A stretch of DNA of 64,000 nucleotides from Basidiobolus meristosporus CBS 931.73 (lineage: Eukaryota > Fungi > Basidiobolomycota): positions 19,891-83,890 of the forward strand of contig MCFE01000383.1 in assembly GCA_002104905.1 (NCBI GenBank), read 5' to 3'. This document shows, in pieces, positions 42,001 to 52,674 of the stretch. A model generated the notes under the pieces. It was not told the DNA's origin, did no database searches, and saw only the letters and a program-made list of their open reading frames with translations. A program made the position numbers and the translations under genes. The number at the start of each line of letters is the position of its first letter. Position 1 is the first letter of the stretch.

Positions 42001-42278
42001 CTAGCCAGTTATACTGTTGAGCCTCTTACCTAGCGAAGCATGCCGCCAACAATGCTGATCCCACTGTTAATTGGGGAGAAACCTGAGGTCATCATGCCCG
42101 ATATGGGGCATCTGGTATCGGGTATTGGGTATCAAGATAACCTATTGTTTATTTGTCATGCTCTATTCTAGTAAGGAAGAAGGTGGTGGATCATGATTGA
42201 TCTATACGTGAACCAGCATTCCGAATAGGAATCATCAGCTGGACTGCCATTGGTGTCACCATGAAAAGCAATGTTGCA

Positions 42279-43425
42279 TCACATCCCAGCCAAACTGGAC
42301 TCGGTGTCTTTCAGCGGATACGAATCGGCACACCTCTGTTTGTCGCTACTGGTGTAGCCATCCAGTGCACTCTTATGTGTTCCTGATGCACCGAAGCTTT
42401 GCTCCCTCAGTTTGGCCATTCGATTCAGCACCAGCAGGTCATTTGCCAGACGTAGTTGCAGTATGACATCAATATGGATCAGTATCTCTGTGTTGCGCCC
42501 CAGCACACCAATGAACACGCAAACGTTGATGATGAACCTGGAAAAATCAATTCTTAGCCGATCGCTCCGCGTGGGCCAATGGGGGATGTACGTACGATAT
42601 GGTGAGCATTGGTACCGCCTCGTACAGAAACTCTTTGAACAACGAATGGAGCAGTTGATTGTTGTGGGCATGGCGGCGCATAGCCCTCGCATGCTCGAAC
42701 ACCTAGAGAGGTGGTCAGTGAGTACGGAGTCGATCACTTCGGGCAGAAATACTTGCCTTCACCATGAACAAACCGGTCAGCACAATGTCGGTCACCACAT
42801 CAAACGCTATGGTGATCTGCGTGGAACACTTGGTCAGGGTAGTGGTACAGAAAGGGACAAAAAGAAGTGACAAGGTCAGGGGTAAGGGTAAGGGAAAAGG
42901 GTGGTAGTGGAAAGGGTGCAGTACTTGCCTGGGTCGAGATGGGCTCCAGCACGGAGATGCACACCGCCTGGTTTCCTTCGCTCACATCGTTGGAAAGGAG
43001 TGCGCAGTGGGTGTTGGTGGAGATCAACCTGATGACTATCACTACGGCGAAGAGGTAGCGGATACTCTTTCGATGCAGAGTCACGGCCTCGCATCTCCAA
43101 AACAAAATCACTTGGTTCAGCACCTTTGCCAGTTGGATGGCCGCACATGTTGTTCGTAGTCGAGTCTGACAGTCCCCATAGAAAGAATTCAGGACAACGT
43201 CCACGATGTTGGTTAAAGTCGCCCCTGCCACAAATGGTTAGCTACGCAGGTGAGGGGGATTTCCAGGGCTAGCTTACCTATCACCAAAAGATTGGATAGG
43301 ACATGCAAGAAACCTGCCCTGGTACACACTATCCTGATGTTGGTAAGTACGACACGAAGGTTGATCAAGGCCGAGGTGAGCGAAGCCACAAGGACGCCAG
43401 AGTAAAGACGATCATAGGAAATCAT
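42279..43425 (-). CDS. Five-exon multi-pass (7TM/GPCR-like) membrane protein
   Basis: Splicing out 43225-43277 (GT-AG), 42817-42928 (GC-AG), 42703-42756 (GC-AG) and about 42539-42595 (GT-AG) gives one frame with serial hydrophobic segments (GVLVASLTSALINL, YLFAVVIVIRLI, ITIAFDVVTDIVLTGLF, FIINVCVFIGVL). Confidence 0.7.
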
Positions 43426-43805
43426 CTTCGATTGAGGTGGTGGAAACAGCCATTTGCTACACTCCGACCCATTTTAATGCTAAGGGTCCGACCTCAGAAA
43501 TTTTTCTGAAGCTGTAGTGTGCTACGTATGGTGCATTCGACAAACCAAGTCACAAGCCACAGAATTGGTTCAGCGAGGTCAGAGTCGGCTCGGGGCGCTG
43601 ATTGGCCCCTCGTATAAAGTTGGTTTGAGTTAAGCATAACTGCTGGGGTGATGTCACAATGGTACCACCCAAGATTATTAAATCCAATCTATTTCTCAAC
43701 AGAACCGGTGTACCCCCCGGTAACAAGATGGATGTCGAGTTCGTTGTTTCTCTAATTAAATTACTTTATTTCAAACCAATAGCATTCAACGTCCAATATT
43801 ATCTA

Positions 43806-45428
43806 TCAGTTGGGGAAGGTACAGAATCTGAAGCCATCTTCCTTAGCGCACACCTGGCCATTGGCACAATCATTGTCACTGGAGCAGAGGCAGGAGTCTT
43901 CCAACGCGCAGTGCTTGATGGCTGGGTTCAGCTTGGATGGGATGTCGTTGAAGATGCGATTGGTGAAGTCGTTGCTGAACACTCCGCGGGGATCGTAGCG
44001 GCGAACAAGTCTGGCGAAATCCTTGAGCTTGGGGTGAGCGGCGGCACGAACCTCGTGGGAGAAGTAGTACTGGCCATTCTTGCCCCAATGTGGACGAGCG
44101 TCATACTTGTTGATCAAGGTTTGGCCAATGAGCTGGGTGGCCTCGAGTCCGAGTCTGGGATCGTTGATGTTGTCAATTCTGGATGGGGTGATGAACTCGA
44201 TGTGGACCGTTTTACGACCATAAGAAAGGGACATCCAGCCGTTGGTGGGAGGGCTGAATCGGAACCAGATTCCGTTGAAGGGGAAGTAGGCGGGGTATCT
44301 CTTGAGAATCTCCTGGATGTCACGGACGACATCCTTCAGGTGCTCCATGGGGAAGCCCATGGAGATGTCTCTGATGTCGAAGGGAACCTTGTTGACAGTT
44401 GGGTCCCAGAAGCATGGGTTGCATGTTTGGGTCATCATATCATGAGGGAATCCCACAGCTGGGTTGCTGAGGCCACCGCTTGGGTTGGCATAGATAGGGA
44501 GTTTGGTAGCGGTGGTGGTCCAGAAGGATCTTTCCCCGTCAGCCTCCATGAGGCGAAGCTCAGTGAGGTTGCGAGTGGCCTGCACTTGCTCGAAGGAGTT
44601 CACCAAACCTGTGACATCCTTGGGATCCATGCTGCTGATGAAGTTCCATCTGTCTTCACCCTTCTGAGTGACTGGAACGTAAGTTCCGTTGGAGGCAACG
44701 ACGGTACTGGTACCTGGGAACCACCAAGCCTGGAACAAGTCGTATTCCTCAGCCATGGCCTCGAGAGTACCATCCAGCAACTGGCTTTCAGGCACCGGGT
44801 AATTTTGCACATGGACCTTGTATGCAGGAATCACTTTGAAAGTCACATCGTAAACGAGACCCACAGCACCGATGTGGACACGGAAGGCGTCCAATAAACT
44901 GCCAGTAATGGTCTTGAGCTCGCCAGTACCGGTCACAACTCTCATGGAGACAACCATATCACTCATGGCCGTGACATGCTTGAGGGAAGAGCCGTGAGCG
45001 CCAGTGCCGAGAGCGCCTGCCACGGTGACTTCACCGAAGTTGGGCATGTTGACAATGCCGAGACCGTTAGCATTTAGGTGCTTGAGAAGATCAACCACTC
45101 TAACGCCAGCCTGGGCGGTAACTGTCTCACGATTGCGGCTGATCTTGATGTCTCTCAAACAGTCGGTGTTGACAACAACACCATCAGTACAAATGATGTC
45201 GGAAGCGGAGTGCAAGTGGCCGATACCCTTGACGTGCTGTCTGTTGCTATAGGCATTTCGGACGATACGTTGCATCTCGAAAACACTGCTGGGCTGAACC
45301 ATCTTTTGGCTGTTGCAAGAGATGTATCTGTTGAAGGAGGTGTACTTGCTGGAGAGCTCCTCACCCATGGAGGAACCGAGTAGGGCGCAAGCACCCAGAA
45401 GCGCAAGGAACTGAGCTCTCTTGGTCAT
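43806..45428 (-). CDS. Secreted FAD-linked oxidase of the L-gulonolactone / D-arabinono-1,4-lactone oxidase family (540 aa)
   Basis: Signal peptide MTKRAQFLALLGACALLG; FAD-binding KGIGHLHS and GALGTGAHGS; ALO C-terminal RPHWGKN; Cys-rich tail. No introns. Confidence 0.9.
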   Translation of the reverse strand: MTKRAQFLALLGACALLGSSMGEELSSKYTSFNRYISCNSQKMVQPSSVFEMQRIVRNAYSNRQHVKGIGHLHSASDIICTDGVVVNTDCLRDIKISRNRETVTAQAGVRVVDLLKHLNANGLGIVNMPNFGEVTVAGALGTGAHGSSLKHVTAMSDMVVSMRVVTGTGELKTITGSLLDAFRVHIGAVGLVYDVTFKVIPAYKVHVQNYPVPESQLLDGTLEAMAEEYDLFQAWWFPGTSTVVASNGTYVPVTQKGEDRWNFISSMDPKDVTGLVNSFEQVQATRNLTELRLMEADGERSFWTTTATKLPIYANPSGGLSNPAVGFPHDMMTQTCNPCFWDPTVNKVPFDIRDISMGFPMEHLKDVVRDIQEILKRYPAYFPFNGIWFRFSPPTNGWMSLSYGRKTVHIEFITPSRIDNINDPRLGLEATQLIGQTLINKYDARPHWGKNGQYYFSHEVRAAAHPKLKDFARLVRRYDPRGVFSNDFTNRIFNDIPSKLNPAIKHCALEDSCLCSSDNDCANGQVCAKEDGFRFCTFPN

Positions 45429-46042
45429 ATTGAGAAGTGTGGAGTGTATGGAGGTGTACACTGGAGGTATGTTGATTATGGTTTATTTATAGCCATGGTG
45501 TGTAGGGATCGTACCCGATTAGAGTGTTGAATTCAAATCGCATTCGAAGCCTCGAATTCAATCTCAAATAGTATCGGGGTACATGTGGCACCTGAAAAGC
45601 CGATATGAACAATCATGTTTTTTTTGCTCTACTCGTGTTTGGCCCTGCCACAATCGTAACATCTGTGTGAATCTAGGGGATTACAGTGAAGGGAAAAGCC
45701 GGAATCTGGACCTCGTAGATTACACCGAAAAAATGCTGGATCGGAGTTAGAATTGATCTTCTGAGTGTATGATATTCGAGAATATTCTATTCCGCTATGG
45801 GCCATTCACTCTTTAGCGTTATTTCTTCTGCATAGAGGAAAACTAAAAGTGGCTTCTTTGGTAATGTTGTAGGAGCCTTCTAGAACGCTATCCTCATTAT
45901 GCGAATATATGATATGCTACAGGGCATGATTGGTCGCATGAGAGACAGAAACATGTCATTGTTATTTGCTGATGTCATGCTACAGGCATATTAAAAGAAT
46001 TGCTGCTGGCTGTTTATCATAGATTTCCCAAATATTCTCCAA

Positions 46043-47056
46043 ATGAAAGTTATCCTGCAAAAAAAAGGTGGAGACGTGTCTGTCTTCGAAGAAGGAACCC
46101 TGCCAAAACCCACACCAACCGGGGGGGACTTGTTGATCCGTAACCTTGCTGTTTCCGTGAATCCAGTGGACTACAAAGTCCGTTCTGGTGGGTTTGTTAA
46201 CACTTATCCCTTAGTGTTGGGCTGGGACGGTGCCGGTGTGGTCGAAGAGGTTGGCGAGAATGTCAAAAACTACCGAGTAGGTGACGAGGTCATGTACTCT
46301 GGCTCATTAGTACGGCCTGGCTCAAATGCTCAGTACACTCTGGTTGATGAGCGCATCGTTGGTAAAAAACCGAAATCCCTTTCCTATTCTGAAGCAGCAG
46401 GATTGCCTCTTACAGCCCTGACCGCTTGGGAAGCTCTGGTGGAGCAGCTCACTATTCCCCTTCCAGAAGCAAAAACTGCCAAGAATCCCAAAACCCTTTT
46501 GATTATTAATGGAGCAGGTGGGGTCGGCTCGCTTGCCACACAGATCGCGTCCAAAGTTTTGAATCTTACCAACGTGATCACTACCGCCTCCCGTCCGGAA
46601 ACCATTGAGTGGTGTAAAAAAATGGGTGCCACTCATGTCCTCAATCACCACCACGATCTCAAGCAGCAGCTAACCGAGTTGAACTTGAGTGTGGACTATA
46701 TATTTATCTGCTACTCCACCGAGAAGTATCTCCCCATAGCACAGGATATCATCAAGCCATTCGGTAGAATTGTTACGATTGTTGAAGTCGAAAAGCCACT
46801 ACCATTCAGTGACATGACCAAGTCGCTTAGTTTCTCGTGGGAATTCATGTTTGCAAAGAGCATGTATAATCACGATATGTTATCCCAGTCTGTTATCTTA
46901 AATCGGATTGCCGATCTGGTTGATGCGGGGATCTTGCAGACTACAGTAACGGAGACTCTAGAATTTTCAGTGGATGGTCTTGCTGCAGCTCACCGAAAGG
47001 TGGAGAATGGCAAGGTAATTGGAAAAATCACTTTAGATATGGCTCACTGGGCATAA
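46043..47056 (+). CDS. MDR-superfamily zinc-type alcohol dehydrogenase-like / NADPH:quinone oxidoreductase (337 aa)
   Basis: SVNPVDYKVR, LGWDGAGVVEEVG, AQYTLVDERIVGKKPKSLS, AAGLPLTALTAWEAL, INGAGGVGS and KSLSFSWEFMF. Confidence 0.92.
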   Translation: MKVILQKKGGDVSVFEEGTLPKPTPTGGDLLIRNLAVSVNPVDYKVRSGGFVNTYPLVLGWDGAGVVEEVGENVKNYRVGDEVMYSGSLVRPGSNAQYTLVDERIVGKKPKSLSYSEAAGLPLTALTAWEALVEQLTIPLPEAKTAKNPKTLLIINGAGGVGSLATQIASKVLNLTNVITTASRPETIEWCKKMGATHVLNHHHDLKQQLTELNLSVDYIFICYSTEKYLPIAQDIIKPFGRIVTIVEVEKPLPFSDMTKSLSFSWEFMFAKSMYNHDMLSQSVILNRIADLVDAGILQTTVTETLEFSVDGLAAAHRKVENGKVIGKITLDMAHWA

Positions 47057-47769
47057 ACCTGCTGATATGCATTAAATCTGGTATTCTGCTTCGATCCTCC
47101 CCTTCTGGTCGAAGTAGTCAAATGTCTCGCAAATTTAAATTAGTGAAATTGCTTGATATACTTGGGTCAATTGCGAAATCAATACACTTATTAAATATTG
47201 GTGGTGAAACTTTTCAAAATGATAATCTTGGAATTATAGTAAAACCAGATTTCTCCAGGGTAACCAAAAATCTCACTACGCCTTTTACATATCCCTACCA
47301 ATATCAATTAAAAGTAATGACCCCTCAACAGTACCAAAATGAATGCCGAAATATCCTGCCCCTTTACCAATTCCTAGTAGCATATTAGCCATATCAAAGT
47401 AGTTAGAGTTGGTGCATGAGTGCTATGTTACCAATGTATGGGCATGACCAAATGTAACTCCGGTACATAGGCCCAAGCGTTGCAAAGAAATACAGAGCTA
47501 ACCAGAAAGTAGGTCTGGAATTTTGCATTTGAGTCAATATTTTGGATTTTAGTCATAGCGAAACCTTCACTATTGTTGACCTGAGAAGCAAAACATCAAA
47601 ATCAGATTGGTTAATACAGTGGCAGCTAGTATGCTGTACATATATTTTTTCAATAACATAGATGTACTCTTGAACAATGAGTTGATGATTATTTGCCAAT
47701 AACTCTGTTGGGCAGCACTGATCAGTAAATGAAAGTATTGAGGCACTAGAAATTATCATAATATCTATG

Positions 47770-47790
47770 TATATATATATATATATATAT
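47770..47790. repeat. (AT)10 microsatellite
   Basis: Direct reading of the sequence. Confidence 0.95.
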
Positions 47791-47799
47791 CCAAAACTC

Positions 47800-48900
47800 T
47801 CATCAGCTCATGAATTGAACAGTACAAACTCTTGTGCAGCTTTTCTGGCACTTGCACTCATTTCCAATACTCTACTGAACCCTATCAAGCATTTTGGGAT
47901 TGGGGCTGGAGATCAAATGTATTGGCAAGAGAGCAACCAAGTGGGGATATATTGAGATCATATAGGTTTCTACATCTGCCAATCTGATACAACTATGCTG
48001 GAATAGCAATATTAACAAATAGATACAACTGATGTTGCTCACTAGTAGGCAGTATCACAGATGCCAAACCTAGGACTTGCAGATTAGACACTAGCTTGAT
48101 TGTAATATAGTGAACATTACAGCATTGGTTTCTAAGCAAAAACCTCTCCATTTCATTACAAGGAGCAGTTTGATAGAGTGGCATCTACTTGTAGTTAAAG
48201 CTTGAGTCAAGCTTAGGTAATGTGTCCCTTTTAGTGATCTCTATTCATGCTGATGATGTTGCTATTAGGATCTTAATATATATATATTAACATCCTAGGC
48301 TATTGTGCAATATCAAGTATATCAGACTTGAGGAGCTAATAAGTACTAAAAGGGTAATAAAGCCAAGAGTACTGGAGTATTCTGAGCTAGGAAAATGCAA
48401 GTGACTGCCTGTCAGTAGCTGTTGTAATATTGATTATCACCAGCTGACTGTTGAACAATCATTACCAATGGTGTGGGACTACTTATGGTGAGGACATCAA
48501 GCAATCATAAGGCTACTATAGTAAGCAATCAAGTAGCTTAGTGGTCTAGGAGCATAAAACCCCATTTGGAACCAAAGACTTTGGGGAGATAATTACATAA
48601 AAATAACATAGTGGTCAAGAGATTCTATAGCAGCACACTAAATTCTGGGCCTACAAAGATGCCTCAGCTCATAACTCAATATATACAAGAGTTGCAAAGA
48701 AGCTGGAATTGATTAGAGCAACAAGTAGAGCATATGCTTTCACTTGGCAATTTATTTAATGTCAATATGGTACTTTTACAGGTCCATGGCCAGACCAAAG
48801 TACACTGCATATTCAGGAAGACTTTAAAGTATATGTACAAAGATTAATGCATTTGGTTAACTTAGAGAATTTTTATACTCTGAGTACTTAACATCATAAT
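47800..48900 (+). mobile_element. Highly degenerate LINE-like RT relic
   Basis: IHADDVAI (YADD-like) at about 48243-48266 in a CpG-free, stop-riddled region. No other motif is secure. Confidence 0.3.
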
Positions 48901-49717
48901 GAAAATATTCTAAGCAAACCTCATCAAAGAGTATTATTCATAAGCCATTATCTAAGTGAATAAACTAATAGAGTATCTGGGTAGGAATCATAATATACAA
49001 CAGTACTTGGCGATTGGATTGCTGTCATTTTATGAAACGTCGATAAATGCTTGATTATTATAACTTGTGTTATTGTCAGGAGTGAATGATGACAGTGCCC
49101 AACTCCAAAGGGTTCGCTCAGTAGTATTCAAGTGATTGGAAATGAGCAATTGTGGTGTAAATTGGAACCTGCTATGGACTTCGGGGGTACGTAATAAAAG
49201 AATATAGATGTAGGATAGTTGCGTAATCGCCTAGGGGGGAGGGGACTTAAATAAGAAGACGGACATTCATTTAGAGTGTAATGAATGGAGGAAATAGTCG
49301 AGTCCGTCAGTGACGGGATGATATTTTTCCTTCTAGCTCAAGATCTATATCCAAACCAACTACCGACTCATAGAAATAGAGGTAGGTATATGTATGACCA
49401 TGGTATGTTGTGTGGACCAATTAGATTTTCCTATTTAGGACTTTGCTCAGCCTTTCCTTCTTTTACGTTAGGTCGTATTTAACTATGTAACTATCCCGAG
49501 TGTTACGAGAGGGTTTATTGCACAAATAGGTATGTGTACAATCAATGTCAGGGATAGGGTCGAGAGTCTTTTAGAAACAGTCAGGAGGGTCGAGAAAAAG
49601 GTCTGCCGTCTGTGTTTCTGTGAGAGGGTTTCAATATGATCGGCTGGCTTAAGCCTATTCTAGATAACGTGATGATCTTAGCCCAAGGTGGCCGAGTATT
49701 ATTAGACCGAGCAGATG

Positions 49718-49799
49718 GGTGAGATGGCCGAGTGGTCTAAGGCGCTGCGTTCAGGTCGCAGTCTCTCCGGAGGCGTGGGTTCGAACCCCACTCTCATCA
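49718..49799 (+). tRNA. tRNA-Leu(CAG): tRNA-Leu, anticodon CAG
   Basis: Acceptor stem GGTGAGA/TCTCATC; D loop TGGCCGAGTGG; anticodon arm CTGCG-TTCAGGT-CGCAG; long variable arm; T loop GGTTCGAACCC; TTTT about 8 nt downstream. Confidence 0.97.
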
Positions 49800-51010
49800 T
49801 ACGAAACTTTTAGTTGCGTTATACATCCGAGTAACACAAACTACTTTGGCTTTTATGAACCGCCATTTTACTCTGGCACTTGATGCTAGTTTCTGTTCCA
49901 GTAGTTGGCAACGCTGAAAGCTGTAAGAGCTTCTTCATGCAATTGCTCAGATATGGCATTTTACCATATCAAGATCCTCTAGGCTTATTTCACTCCCCGA
50001 GATTAGCTCGATCCTATGTAACGTAGTTTATCTCTTTGCAAATATGGACTTCAAAGTTGGCTCTCAGAACTTCAATATACAAGTAAATCAGCTATTGCTA
50101 ACGATACAGATGTTTTGTAACATACACAATAGAGCATCTTGTTTCGATCCTCATCTTGTATATATTTACTGGAGAAACTATTGGGACTTGTCAACTAGAG
50201 TGTTTGTATATTCTACATAATCTTCCTTTACCCATACAGGACTCGGAGATGTACTCGATATGTGAGTTGACGATTGGCGGCGGATATACAACACAAACCA
50301 CCCATTGAAGCAAACAACGGTAATCCTCTTACCTCGCTAGTCTAGGCAAGGATCCAACGACTTCGGTTATATTACTGTAGCAATGTAGTAAATCTCACTG
50401 ATTCTATTCCGCGGCACGAAAGACACTCTAGCCTGGGGTTTCATTAGTACTGATATGCTACCATAAATGGCCCGGATATTGGTAGTCATAACGGACTATA
50501 GATAAATTCATTTGCTGAATTGCATATGGTGTTACCAAAGAGTTAGCATGACAATCGCCCAACCAGATTAGGTAGCATCGATCTCCATCTATAGAAATCC
50601 CACTAGGATCTTGTGATAGGTGTGTAAGTGTGCAACACTGAGTCAGATCATTTGGGCAAAGTGATGATGTCTATATTTATCTTCTGGCTTTCGAGATCTC
50701 CACTGCAAAGCTACCCTCCTCCACAGACGAGACTATACTCTCCATAGGAATACTCTAAATTTCGGGATTTTAGCCTAATAGGTACTGCATACATCAATCA
50801 GCCACCAGTTTCACATCATTATATGTATATATCTCCGCTCAAGTCACCCATATCATCGATTATAGGCAAACAGTGCTATCTGGTGACCGTCCAGAAAAAA
50901 ATGCATGGGAGCGCTGAACCATTGAGGAAGGAAATGATTTCTTGGCAATCTGAATGAAAGCCTATAAATATTTCACGAAGATGATCGTATCTGACACCAT
51001 TCAACGAAAA

Positions 51011-51289
51011 ATGAAGTTCGCAATAACTATTTCCGCTGGCTTGATTCTTGCCACTACCGCACTAGCCACACCATTTGAAAACTTTCCACAGTATTGCAAG
51101 GAGAACCTAGATACTTCGCTTCATTGCATCTATGAGTATCACTCTGGGTTAATGTTCAAGTGTTCGGGTGGACGGGTGCTTGATTACTCATGCCCTGACG
51201 ACCAAGTATGTGTGATGCTTACCGTTGGGTCATCTACTACCGCAGCATGTACTGAAAGATCTCCAGCACCGGTGAGTTCCAACAACTAA
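51011..51289 (+). CDS. Small secreted cysteine-rich protein, paralog 1 (92 aa, 6 Cys)
   Basis: Signal peptide MKFAITISAGLILATTALA; mature region C-x9-C-x11-C-x9-C-x5-C-x12-C. Confidence 0.85.
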   Translation: MKFAITISAGLILATTALATPFENFPQYCKENLDTSLHCIYEYHSGLMFKCSGGRVLDYSCPDDQVCVMLTVGSSTTAACTERSPAPVSSNN

Positions 51290-52083
51290 TACATTGCCAT
51301 ATCAAATACTTCGATGGTCAGCAATGGCCAAAACCTGTACATATATAACTATTACTTGCCGGAGTGAGAATATTCTCCCTTCATTCATAAGTATATACAA
51401 TAAATCCCATATCGCCATTGATGCTGTGGTTTCTGCGCCCCATAAACTAGAACATGCGGATATCTCGTTGCTTAATGTACTCAACAGTCACCATATTCAC
51501 ACACCCCACCAATATATGAATAGAACTCAACAAGCAATGAAGTGCGCGACGTCGATTTCCTCTACTCCGGCCTCAAGCTTTGTTACAAAATAATAATAAA
51601 ACGATTTCGGAGATTATTGCCGTTAATAATCCGCGGTAATACCTTCGTTTTCCATTCATGTGCATATTGGAATGGACTGCCCGGTAAGGATTGAAATAAT
51701 GAATCCAATCCCATTTTGGTGACCATAAATATCTATTATCCGCGTTGCCATTCTGAGTCCTAGATTTTAAGGAAGATTCGCCCCTATTTCCCCTAAGGAA
51801 GCACATTCGCCTGCAAAGATTCTCTACAGGAGAGGCTTTATTAATCGCCTATGATAGAGAATGCATACCACAGAGCCAATATGGAGGATATGTTGGTTGG
51901 TTTTTCTCATATTCACCTTTGGAAATACCGCATACATTCAACCTCCTCTCAATCACCACACAAACCAACCAGGCTGAAAAGAGCAAATTCGCGTGGATCG
52001 AATTTAATCGGTGGTGATCTCGATGTGGCATGGAAGGCGTGTGGATTATGGTGGAGCATTTATGATTCCAATCCACTATGGTC

Positions 52084-52167
52084 GAGATACCGCTATCAAT
52101 ATCAACCTACTTCCCAAAACGAGGTGAGATACCGCTATCAATATCAAGCTACTTCCAAAAACGAGGT
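52084..52167. repeat. Two tandem copies of a 42-bp unit
   Basis: GAGATACCGCTATCAATATCAA(C/G)CTACTTCC(C/A)AAAACGAGGT twice. Confidence 0.9.
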
Positions 52168-52395
52168 GATGATGCCAATTTTGGTGGACGTGTTCGCGTA
52201 TGCAGTACCTGACACGTCAAATCGCCATTTCTACCGGGTAACATGGACATGCTCCAGATTTGCCAAGATTGGAAGTTGCTGCCATGGAGAGCATTGGCCC
52301 ACTGGTGAAGGAGTGGCGTGAATTAAGGTATAAATATCAGGGAGCACTTCCAACAAGACTCAATAAGCTACCAGTAGCATACCAATCACACTACA

Positions 52396-52674
52396 ATGAA
52401 GTTTAGAACATCCATTTCCGCTTGCTTGATTCTTGCCACTACCGTCCTGGCCTTACCATTCGAAAACTTTCCCCAGTATTGCAAGGAGAACCTTGATACT
52501 GCTCTTCAATGCTTTTATGAACATCACTCTGGTGTAATGTTCAAGTGTTCGGGTGGACGGGTGCTTGATTACTCATGCCCTGACGACCAAGTATGTGTGA
52601 TGCTTACCGTTGGGTCATCTACTACCGCAGCATGTACCGAAAGATCCCCAGCACCAGCGAACGCTGACCTTTAG
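52396..52674 (+). CDS. Small secreted cysteine-rich protein, paralog 2 (92 aa)
   Basis: Signal peptide MKFRTSISACLILATTVLA; same six mature Cys as paralog 1. Confidence 0.88.
   Translation: MKFRTSISACLILATTVLALPFENFPQYCKENLDTALQCFYEHHSGVMFKCSGGRVLDYSCPDDQVCVMLTVGSSTTAACTERSPAPANADL

Noticed and set aside
43659-44897. 412-aa plus-strand ORF
   Set aside because: Antisense shadow of the oxidase gene, caused by its codon bias; no recognisable motifs.
49688-49697. Second TGGCCGAGT just upstream of tRNA-Leu
   Set aside because: A 9-bp match with no B-box or cloverleaf; not a second tRNA.
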